Positions 25,201 to 37,300 of a stretch of DNA of 64,000 nucleotides are shown here, piece by piece. The notes beneath the pieces are model-generated. The model made no database searches and was not told the DNA's origin. It saw only the letters and a program-made list of their open reading frames with translations. This stretch comes from Raillietiella orientalis (lineage: Eukaryota). The stretch spans positions 186,001 through 250,000 of the forward strand of contig JAYWIR010000090.1 of the NCBI GenBank assembly GCA_036172245.1, read 5' to 3'. How positions within the stretch are numbered: the first letter of the stretch is position 1; every line of letters begins with the position of its first letter. The position numbers were made by a program, and so were the translations under genes.

Positions 25201-27231
25201 CCTTCCAATTTCCTGATTTCAGAAAATGATGAAGAAAGGTCCGAAATTTAATTACGGAGTGGCAGTTTGGAATCTGTATTGTTTTCATGGTAACCAGTGT
25301 CGTGCCTAGAAAAGGAATGTTTTTCTTCGCTGTGATTCATGATGTGGTAGAAATTTCCAACCATTCAGGCTTTGTAATCAATTGGAAATCAAAGGATTTT
25401 GCTATTGCACTTTTGCGCCTCTTCACTAGACATCTATTTCCAGTGAGTGGCAAATGCCCCTCATGGAAAGCCTCAATTCCTTCCAATTTCCTGATTTCAG
25501 AAAATGATGAAGAAAGGTCCGAAATTTAATTACGGAATGGTAGTTTGGAATCTGTATTGTTTTCATGGTAACCAGTGTCGTGCCTAGAAAAGGAATGTTT
25601 TTCTTCGCTGTGATTCATGATGTGGTAGAAATTTGCAAACTTTCAGGCTTTGTTATCAATTGGAAATCAGGGGATTCTAGTATTGCACTTTTGCGCCTCT
25701 TCACTAAACATCCACTTAGAGTGAGTGGGAAATGGCCGTTATTGAAAGCCTCAATGCATTCCAATTTCCTGTATTCAGAGGATGATCATGAAGAGTTCGA
25801 AATTTCATTAGGGCGTGTCACTTTGGATTCTGTGTTGTTTTAATGGTAACCAGTGTCGTACCAAGAAGAGGAATCTTTTCCTCCGCTCTGATTCATGATG
25901 TGGTAGAAATTTGCAACTTTTCAGGTTTTGTAATCAATTCGAAATCAGGGGATTTCACCATTCCAGGTTTGCGCCTCTTCACGAAGCATCTATTTGCAGT
26001 CAGTAGAAAATTCCCGTAATGGAGAGGCTCAAGGCCCTCCAATTTCCAGATTTCAGAGGATGATCATGAAAAGTTCGAAATATCATTAGGAAGTGGCACT
26101 TTGGATTCCGTGTTGTTTTCATGGTAAACAGTGTCGTACCTAGAAGACGAACCTTTCCATCGCTCTGATTCATTATGTCGTAGAAATTTGCAACTTTTCA
26201 AGTTTTGTAATCAATTCGAAATCAGGTGATTTCACCATTGCCGTTTTGCGCCTGTTCACGAAGCATCTATTTGTAGTTATTGGCAAATTCCCGTCATGGA
26301 AAGGCTCAAGACCTTCCTATTTCTTGATTTCAGAGGATGCTTAGGAAGAGTTCGAAATTTCATTAGGCCGTGGCACTTTGTACTCTGTGTTGCTTTCATG
26401 GTAACCAGTGTCGTACCTAGAGGAGGAATCTTGCCCTTCCCTCTGATTCATTATGTGGTAGAAATTTGCAACTTTTCAATTTTTCTAATCAACTCGAAAT
26501 GAGTGGATTTAACCATTGCACTTTTGCGCTTCTTCACGAAGCAACTATCTGCAGTAAGTGGCAAATTCCCGTCATGGAGTTGCTGAAGACCTTCCAATTT
26601 CCTGATTTCAGAGGATGATTACGAAAAGTCCGAAATTTCATTAGGCCGTGGCACTTTGTACTCTGTGTTGTTTTCATGGTAACCAGTGTCGTACCTAGAA
26701 GAGGAATCTTTTTGTTCGCTCTGTTTCATGATGTGGTAGAAATTTGCAGCCTTGCAGGCTTTGTAATCAATTCGAAATCAGGAGATTTTACCATTGCAAT
26801 TTTGCGCTTCTTCACGAAGCATCCATTTGCAGTGAGTGGCAAATGCCAGTCATGCAAATCCTCTAGGCCTTCCAATTTCCTGATTTCAGAGGATGATTAT
26901 GAAGATTTCGGAATTTCATTAGGGCGTGGTACTTTGGATTCTGTGTTGTTTTCATGGTAACCAGTGTCGTACCTAGAGGAGGAATCTTTCCCTTCCCTCT
27001 GATGCATTATGTGGTAGAAATTTGCAACTTTTCAATTTTTCTAATCAACTCGAAATGAGTGGATTTAACCATTGCACTTTTGCGCTTCTTCACGAAGCAA
27101 CTATCTGCAGTAAGTGGCAAATTCCCGTCATGGAGTTGCTGAAGACCTTCCAATTTCCTGATTTCAGAGGATGATTACGAAGAGTCCGAAATTTCATTAG
27201 GCCGTGGCACTTTGGACTCTGTGTTGTTTTC
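22228..27231 (+). repeat. Tandem duplication of a 9-monomer unit (2502 bp)
   Basis: Matching monomers at 22228/24730, 22785/25287, 23063/25565 and 24174/26676 all have offset 2502. Confidence 0.92.
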
Positions 27232-28343
27232 ATGGTAACCAGTGTCGTACCTAGAAGAGGAATCTTTTTGTTCGCTCTGTTTCATGATGTGGTAGAAATT
27301 TGCAGCCTTGCAGGCTTTGTAATCAATTCGAAATCAGGAGATTTAACCATTGCAATTTTGCGCTTCTTCACGAAGCATCCATTTGAAGTGAGTGGCAAAT
27401 GCCAGTCATGCAAATCCTCTAGGCCTTCCAATTTCCTGATTTCAGAGGATGATTATGAAGATTTCGGAATTTCATTAGGGCGTGGCACTTTGGATTCTGT
27501 GTTGTTTTCATGGTAACCAGTGTCGTACCTAGAAGAGGAATCTTGTCCTTCCCTCTGATTTATTATGTGGTAGAAAGTTTCAACTTTTCAAGTTTTCTAA
27601 ACAATTCGAAATCAGGGGATTTAAGCATTGCACTTTTGCGCTTCATCACGAAGCATCTATTTGCAGTAAGTGGCACATTCCCGTCATGGAAGGGCTCAAG
27701 AGCTTCCTATTTCTTGATTTCAGAGGATGATTAATTAGAGTTCGAAATTTTAATAGGCCGTGGCACTTTGTACTCTGTTTTGTTTTCATGGTAACCAGTG
27801 TCGTACCTAGAAGAGGAATCTTTTTGTTCGCTCTGATTAATGATGTGGTAGAAATTTGATGCCTTTCAGGCTTTGTAATCAATTGGAAATCAAAGGATTT
27901 TGCTATTGCACTTTTGTGCCTCTTCACTAAATATCCATTTCTAGTGAGTGGCAAATGCCCCACATGGATAGCCTCAATTCCTTCCAATTTCCTGATTTCA
28001 GAAAATGATGAAGAAAGGTCCGAAATTTAATTACGCAGTGGCAGTTTTGAATCTGTATTGCTTTCATGGTAACGAGTGTCGTGCCTAGAAGAGAAATCTT
28101 TTTGTTCGCTCTGATTCATGATGTGGTAGAAATTTGCAACTTTTCAAGTTTTGTAATCAATTCGAAAACAGGGGATTTAAGCATTGCACTTTTGCGCTTC
28201 TTCACGAAGCATCTAGTTGCATTAAGTGGCAAATTCCCGTCATGGAGAGGCTCAAGACCTTCGTATGTCTTGATTTCAGAGGATGATAAAGAAGAGTTCG
28301 AAATTTCATTAGACCGTGGGACTTTGTACTCTGTTTTGTTTTC

Positions 28344-31300
28344 ATGGTAACCAGTGTCGTACCTAGGAGAGGAAACCTTTTCTTCGCTCTGATTCATGAT
28401 GTGGTAGAAATTTGCAGCCTTTCAGGCTTTGTAATCAATTCGAAATCAGGTGATGTCACTATTGAAGTTTTATGCCTCTTTACGAAGCATCTATTTGAAG
28501 TGAGTGGCAAATTCCCTTCATGCAGTGCCTCAACGCCTTCCAATTTGCTGATTTCAGAGAATGATTATGAAGAGTTGGAAATTTTATTAGGCCGTGGCAC
28601 TTTGTACTCTCTGTTGTTCGCCCGGCATCCAGTGTCGTTTCTAGAAGACGAATCTTTTCCTTCCATCTGATTCATGTTGTCGTAGAAATTTGGAACCTTT
28701 CAAGCTTTGTAATCAATTCGAAATCAGGAGATTTAAGGATTTCACTTTTGCGTTTCTTCACGAAGCATCTATTTGCAGTGATTGACAAATTCCCGTCATG
28801 GAGAGGCTGAAGACCTTCCTATTTCTTGATGTCAGAGGATGATTAAGAAGTGTTCGAAACTTCATTAGGCCGTGGCACATTGTACTCTGTGTGGTTTTCA
28901 TGGTAACCAGTGTCGTACCTAGAAGAGGAATCTTTTCTTCCGCTCTTATTCATGATGTGGTAGAAATTTGCAACTTTTCAGGTTTTCTAATCAATTCGAA
29001 ATCAGAAGATTTCACCATTCCAGGTTTGCTCCTCTTCACGTAGCATCTGTTTGCAGTGAGTGGCAAATTCGCGTCATGGAGAGGCTCAAGGCCTTCCAAT
29101 TTCCTGATTTCAGGGGATGATTACGAAAAGTCCGAAATTTCATTAGGCCGTGGCACTTTGTACTCTGTGTTGTTTTCATGGTAACCAGTGTCGTGCCTAG
29201 AAGAGGAATCTTTTTGTTCGCTCTTATTCATGATGTGGTAGAAATTTGCAACTTTTCAAGTTTTGTAATCAATTCGAAATCAGGAGATTTAAGCATTGCA
29301 CTTTTGCGCTTCTTCACGAAGCATCTATTTGCAGTAAGTGGCAAATTCCCGTCATGGAGAGGCTCAAGACCTTGTATTTCTTGATTTCAGAGGATGATAA
29401 AGAAGAGTTCGAAATTTCATTAGACCGTGGGACTTTGTACTCTGTTTTGTTTTCATGGTAACCAGTGTCGTACCTAGGAGAGGAAACCTTTTCTTCGCTC
29501 TGATTCATGATGTGGTAGAAATTTGCAGCCTTTCAGGCTTTGTAATCAATTCGAAATCAGGTGATGTCACTATTGAAGTTTTACGCCTCTTTACGAAGCA
29601 TCTATTTGAAGTGAGTGGCAAATTCCCTTCATGCAGTGCCTCAACGCCTTCCAATTTGCTGATTTCAGAGAATGATTATGAAGAGTTGGAAATTTCATTA
29701 GGCCGTGGCACTTTGTACTCTCTGTTGTTCGCCCGGCATCCAGAGTCGTTTCTAGAAGACGAATCTTTTCCTTCCATCTGATTCATGTTGTCGTAGAAAT
29801 TTGGAACCTTTCAAGCTTTGTAATCAATTCGAAATCAGGAGATTTAAGGATTGCACTTTTGCGTTTCTTCACGAAGCATCTATTTGCAGTGATTGGCAAA
29901 TTCCCGTCATGGAGAGGCTGAAGACCTTCCTATTTCTTGATGTCAGAGGATGATTAAGAAGTGTTCGAAACTTCATTAGGCCGTGGCACTTTGTACTCTG
30001 TGTGGTTTTCATGGTAACCAGTGTCGTACCTAGAAGAGGAATCTTTTCTTCCGCTCTTATTCATGATGTGGTAGAAATTTGCAACTTTTCAGGTTTTCTA
30101 ATCAATTCGAAATCAGAAGATTTCACCATTCCAGGTTTGCTGCTCTTCACCAAGCATCTGTTTGCAGTGAGTGGCAAATTCGCGTCATGGAGTGGCTCGA
30201 GGCCTTCCAATTTCCTGATTTCAGAGGATGATTACGAAAAGTCCGAAATTTAATTAGGGCGTGTCAGTTTGGATTCTGTGTTGTTTTCATGGTAAACAGT
30301 GTGGTACCTAGAAGAGGAATCTTTTCTTCCGCTCTTATTCATGATGTGGTAGAAATTTGCAACTTTTCAGGTTTTCTAATCAATTCGAAATCAGAAGATT
30401 TCACCATTCCAGGTTTGCTCCTCTTCACGAAGCATCTGTTTGCAGTGAGTGGCAAATTCGCGTCATGGAGAGGCTCAAGGCCTTCCAATTTCCTGATTTC
30501 AGGGGATGATTACGAAAAGTCCGAAATTTCATTAGGCCGTGGCACTTTGTACTCTGTGTTGTTTTCATGGTAACCAGTGTCGTGCCTAGAAGAGGAATCT
30601 TTTTGTTCGCTCTTATTCATGATGTGGTAGAAATTTGCAACTTTTCAAGTTTTGTAATCAATTCGAAATCAGGAGATTTAAGCATTGCACTTTTGCGCTT
30701 CTTCACGAAGCATCTATTTGCAGTAAGTGGCAAATTCTCGTCATGGAGAGGCTCAAGACCTTGTATTTCTTGAGTTCAGAGGATGATAAAGAAGAGTTCG
30801 AAATTTCATTAGACCGTGGGACTTTGTACACTGTTTTGTTTTCATGGTAACCAGTGTCGTACCTAGGAGAGGAAACCTTTTCTTCGCTCTGATTCATGAT
30901 GTGGTAGAAATTTGCAGCCTTTCAGGCTTTGTAATCAATTCGAAATCAGGAGATGTCACTTTTGAAGTTTTATGCCTCTTCACGAAGCATCTATTTGAAG
31001 TGAGTGGCAAATTCCCGTCATGCAGTGCTTCAACGCCTTCCAATTTGCTGATTTCAGAGAATGATTATGAAGAGTTGGAAATTTCATTAGGCCGTGGCAC
31101 TTTGTACTCTCTGTTGTTCGCCCGGCATCCAGAGTCGTTTCTAGAAGACGAATCTTTTCCTTCCATCTGATTCATGTTGTCGTAGAAATTTGGAACCTTT
31201 CAAGCTTTGTAATCAATTCGAAATCAGGAGATTTAAGGATTGCACTTTTGCGTTTCTTCACAAAGCATCTATTTGCAGTGATTGGCAAATTCCCGTCATA

Positions 31301-34300
31301 AAGAGGCTGAAGACCTTCCTCTTTCTTGATTTCAGAGGATGATTAAGAAGAGTTCGAAATTTCATTAGGCCGTGTCACTTTGGATTCTGTTTTGTTTTCA
31401 TGGTAAACAGTGTCGTATTTAGAAGAGGAACCTTTCCATCGCTCTGATTCATTATGTCGTAGAAATTTGCAACTTTTCAAGTTTTGTAATCAATTCGAAA
31501 TCAGGTGATTTCACCATTGCAGTTTTGCGCCTGTTCACGAAGCATTTATTTGCAGTAAGTGGCAAATTCCCGTCATGGAGAGGCTAAAGACCTTCCTATT
31601 TTTTGATTTCAGATAATGATTAAAAAGAGTTCGAAACTTCATTAGGCCGTGGCACTTTGTACTCTGTGTTGTTTTCATGGTAACCAGTGTCGTACCTAGA
31701 AGAGGAATCTTTTTCTTCGCTCTGATTCATGATGTGATAGAAATTTGCAACCTTTCAGGCTTTGTAATCAACTCGAAATCAGGGCATTTAAACATTGCAC
31801 TTTTGCGCTGCTTCACGTGACATCTATTAGCAGTGAGTGGCAAATTCCCGTCATGGAGAGCCTCAGCGCCTTCCAATTTCCTGATTTCAGAGAATGATTA
31901 TGAAGATTTGGAAATTTAATTAGGCCGCGGCACTTTGTACTCTGTGGTCTTTTCGCGGCAACCAGTGTCGTACCTAGAAGGGGAATCCTTTCCGTTGCTC
32001 TGATTCATTATGTGGTAGAAATTTGCAACTTTTCAAGTTTTGTAATCAATTCGAAATCAGGTGATTTAAGCATTGCACTTTTGCGCTTCTTCACGAAGCA
32101 TCTATTTGCAGTAAGTGGCAAATTCCCGTCATGGATAGGCTCAAGACCTTCCTATTTCTTGATTTCAGAGGATGATTAAGAAAGGTCCGAAATTCAATTA
32201 CCGAGTGGCAGTTTGGAATCTGTATTGCTTTCATGGTAACCAGTGTCGTGCCTAGAAGAGGAATGTTTTCCTTCGCTGTGATGCATGATGTGGTAGAAAT
32301 TTGCAACCTTTCAGGCTTTGTAATCAATTGGAAATCAGGGGATTCTACCATTGCACTTTTGCGCCTCTTCACTAAACATCCACTTACAGTGAGTGCCAAA
32401 TGGCCGTTATGGAAAGTCTCAATGCCTTCCAATTTCCTGATTTCAGAGGATGATCATGAACGGTTCGAAATTTCATTAGGGCGTGTCACTTTGGATTCTG
32501 TGTTGTTTTAATGGTAACCAGTGTCGTACCTAGAAGAGGAATCTTTTCCTTTGCTCTGATTCATTATGTGGTAGAAGTTTGGAACTTTTCAGGGTTTGAA
32601 ACCAATTGGAAATGAGGTGATTTTACTATTGCAGTTTTGCGCCTTGTCAGTAAGCATACATTTGCAGTGAGTGGCAAATTCCCGTCATGGAGTGGCTCAC
32701 GGCTTTCCAATTTCCTGATTTTGAGAGGATGACTAAGAAGGGTTCGAAATTAGGTTAGGGCGTGGCACTTTGGTCTCTGTGTTGTTTACGCGGCAACCAG
32801 TGTCGTACCTAGAAGACGAATCTCTTCCTTCCATCTGATTCATGATGTGGTAGAAATTTGCAACCTTTCAAGCGTTGTAATCAATTGGAAATCAAAGGAT
32901 TTTGCTATTGCACTTTTGCGCCTCTTCACTATACATCCATTTCCAGTGAGTGGCAAATGCACCTCATGGAAAGCCTCAATACCTTCCAATTTCCTGATTT
33001 CAGAAAATGATTAAGAAAGGTCCGAAATTTAATTACGCAGTGGCAGTTTGGAATCTGTATTGCTTTCATGGTAACCAGTGTCGTGCCTAGAAGAGGAATG
33101 TTTTCCTTCGCTGTGATTCATGATGTGGTAGAAATTTGCAACCATTCAGGCTTTGTAATCAATTGGAAATCAAAGGATTTTGCTATTGCACTTTTGCGCC
33201 TCTTCACTAGACATCTATTTCCAGTGAGTGGCAAATGCCCCTCATGGAAAGCCTCAATTCCTTCCAATTTCCTGATTTCAGAAAATGATGAAGAAAGGTC
33301 CGAAATTTAATTACGGAGTGGCAGTTTGGAATCTGTATTGTTTTCATGGTAACCAGTGTCGTGCCTAGAAAAGGAATGTTTTTCTTCGCTGTGATTCATG
33401 ATGTGGTAGAAACTTGCATACTTTCAGGCTTTGTAATCAATTGGAAATCAGGGGATTTCACCATTCCAGGTTTGCTCCTCTTCACGAAGCATCTATTTGC
33501 AGTAAGTGGCAAATTCCCGTCATGGAGAGGCTCAAGACCTTCGTATGTCTTGATTTCAGAGGATGATAAAGAAGAGTTCGAAATTTCATTAGACCGTGGG
33601 ACTTTGTACTCTGTTTTGTTTTCATGGTAACTATTGTCGTACCTAGGAGAGGAAACCTTTTCTTCGCTCTGATTCATGATGTGGTAGAAATTTGCAGCCT
33701 TTCAGGCTTTGTAATCAATTCGAAATCAGGTGATGTCACTATTGAAGTTTTACGCCTCTTTACGAAGCATCTATTTGAAGTGAGTGGCAAATTCCCTTCA
33801 TGCAGTGCCTCAACGCCTTCCAATTTGCTGATTTCAGAGAATGATTATGAAGAGTTGGAAATTTCATTAGGCCGTGGCACTTTGTACTCTCTGTTGTTCG
33901 CCCGGCATCCAGTGTCGTATCTAGAAGACGAATCTTTTCCTTCCATCTGATTCATGTTGTCGTAGAAATTTGGAACCTTTCAAGCTTTGTAATCAATTCG
34001 AAATCAGGAGATTTAAGGATTGCACTTTTGCGTTTCTTCACGAAGCATCTATTTGCAGTGATTGGCAAATTCCCGTCATGGAGAGGCTGAAGACCTTCCT
34101 ATTTCTTGATGTCAGAGGATGATTAAGAAGTGTTCGAAACTTCATTAGGCCGTGGCACTTTGTACTCTGTGTGGTTTTCATGGTAACCAGTGTCGTACCT
34201 AGAAGAGGAATCTTTTCTTCCGCTCTTATTCATGATGTGGTAGAAATTTGCAACTTTTCAGGCTTTCTAATCAATTCGAAATCAGAAGATTTCACCATTC

Positions 34301-37300
34301 CAGGTTTGCTGCTCTTCACCAAGCATCTGTTTGCAGTGAATGGCAAATTCGCGTCATGGAGTGGCTCGAGGCCTTCCAATTTCCTGATTTCAGAGGATGA
34401 TTACGAAAAGTCCGAAATTTAATTAGGGCGTGTCAGTTTGGATTCTGTGTTGTTTTCATGGTAAACAGTGTGGTACCTAGAAGAGGAATCTTTTCTTCCG
34501 CTCTTATTCATGATGTGGTAGAAATTTGCAACTTTTCAGGTTTTCTAATCAATTCGAAATCAGAAGATTTCACCATTCCAGGTTTGCTCCTCTTCACGAA
34601 GCATCTGTTTGCAGTGAGTGGCAAATTCGCGTCATGGAGAGGCTCAAGGCCTTCCAATTTCCTGATTTCAGGGGATGATTACGAAAAGTCCGAAATTTCA
34701 TTAGGCCGTGGCACTTTGTACTCTGTGTTGTTTTCATGGTAACCAGTGTCGTGCCTAGAAGAGGAATCTTTTTGTTCGCTCTTATTCATGATGTGGTAGA
34801 AATTTGCAACTTTTCAAGTTTTGTAATCAATTCGAAATCAGGAGATTTAAGCATTGCACTTTTGCGCTTCTTCACGAAGCATCTATTTGCAGTAAGTGGC
34901 AAATTCCCGTCATGGAGAGGCTCAAGACCTTCCTATTTCTTGATTTCAGAGGATGATTAAGAAAGGTCCGAAATTCAATTACCGAGTGGCAGTTTGGAAT
35001 CTGTATTGCTTTCATGGTAACCAGTGTCGTGCCTAGAAGAGGAATGTTTTCCTTCGCTGTGATGCATGATGTGGTAGAAATTTGCAACCTTTCAGGCTTT
35101 GTAATCAATTGGAAATCAGGGGATTCTACCATTGCACTTTTGCGCCTCTTCACTAAACATCCACTTACAGTGAGTGCCAAATGGCCGTTATGGAAAGTCT
35201 CAATGCCTTCCAATTTCCTGATTTCAGAGGATGATCATGAACGGTTCGAAATTTCATTAGGGCGTGTCACTTTGGATTCTGTGTTGTTTTAATGGTAACC
35301 AGTGTCGTACCTAGAAGAGGAATCTTTTCCTTTGCTCTGATTCATTATGTGGTAGAAGTTTGGAACTTTTCAGGGTTTGAAACCAATTGGAAATGAGGTG
35401 ATTTTACTATTGCAGTTTTGCGCCTTGTCAGTAAGCATACATTTGCAGTGAGTGGCAAATTCCCGTCATGGAGTGGCTCACGGCTTTCCAATTTCCTGAT
35501 TTTGAGAGGATGACTAAGAAGGGTTCGAAATTAGGTTAGGGCGTGGCACTTTGGTCTCTGTGTTGTTTACGCGGCAACCAGTGTCGTACCTAGAAGACGA
35601 ATCTCTTCCTTCCATCTGATTCATGATGTGGTAGAAATTTGCAACCTTTCAAGCGTTGTAATCAATTGGAAATCAAAGGATTTTGCTATTGCACTTTTGC
35701 GCCTCTTCACTATACATCCATTTCCAGTGAGTGGCAAATGCACCTCATGGAAAGCCTCAATACCTTCCAATTTCCTGATTTCAGAAAATGATTAAGAAAG
35801 GTCCGAAATTTAATTACGCAGTGGCAGTTTGGAATCTATATTGCTTTCATGGTAACCAGTGTCGTGCCTAGAAGAGGAATGTTTTCCTTCGCTGTGATTC
35901 ATGATGTGGTAGAAATTTGCAACCATTCAGGCTTTGTAATCAATTGGAAATCAAAGGATTTTGCTATTGCACTTTTGCGCCTCTTCACTAGACATCTATT
36001 TCCAGTGAGTGGCAAATGCCCCTCATGGAAAGCCTCAATTCCTTCCAATTTCCTGATTTCAGAAAATGATGAAGAAAGGTCCGAAATTTAATTACGGAGT
36101 GGCAGTTTGGAATCTGTATTGTTTTCATGGTAACCAGTGTCGTGCCTAGAAAAGGAATGTTTTTCTTCGCTGTGATTCATGATGTGGTAGAAACTTGCAT
36201 ACTTTCAGGCTTTGTAATCAATTGGAAATCAGGGGATTTCACCATTCCAGGTTTGCTCCTCTTCACGAAGCATCTATTTGCAGTAAGTGGCAAATTCCCG
36301 TCATGGAGAGGCTCAAGACCTTCGTATGTCTTGATTTCAGAGGATGATAAAGAAGAGTTCGAAATTTCATTAGACCGTGGGACTTTGTACTCTGTTTTGT
36401 TTTCATGGTAACCATTGTCGTACCTAGGAGAGGAAACCTTTTCTTCGCTCTGATTCATGATGTGGTAGAAATTTGCAGCCTTTCAGGCTTTGTAATCAAT
36501 TCGAAATCAGGTGATGTCACTATTGAAGTTTTACGCCTCTTTACGAAGCATCTATTTGAAGTGAGTGGCAAATTCCCTTCATGCAGTGCCTCAACGCCTT
36601 CCAATTTGCTGATTTCAGAGAATGATTATGAAGAGTTGGAAATTTCATTAGGCCGTGGCACTTTGTACTCTCTGTTGTTCGCCCGGCATCCAGTGTCGTA
36701 TCTAGAAGACGAATCTTTTCCTTCCATCTGATTCATGTTGTCGTAGAAATTTGGAACCTTTCAAGCTTTGTAATCAATTCGAAATCAGGAGATTTAAGGA
36801 TTGCACTTTTGCGTTTCTTCACGAAGCATCTATTTGCAGTGATTGGCAAATTCCCGTCATGGAGAGGCTGAAGACCTTCCTATTTCTTGATGTCAGAGGA
36901 TGATTAAGAAGTGTTCGAAACTTCATTAGGCCGTGGCACTTTGTACTCTGTGTGGTTTTCATGGTAACCAGTGTCGTACCTAGAAGAGGAATCTTTTCTT
37001 CCGCTCTTATTCATGATGTGGTAGAAATTTGCAACTTTTCAGGCTTTCTAATCAATTCGAAATCAGAAGATTTCACCATTCCAGGTTTGCTGCTCTTCAC
37101 CAAGCATCTGTTTGCAGTGAATGGCAAATTCGCGTCATGGAGTGGCTCGAGGCCTTCCAATTTCCTGATTTCAGAGGATGATTACGAAAAGTCCGAAATT
37201 TAATTAGGGCGTGTCAGTTTGGATTCTGTGTTGTTTTCATGGTAAACAGTGTGGTACCTAGAAGAGGAATCTTTTCTTCCGCTCTTATTCATGATGTGGT

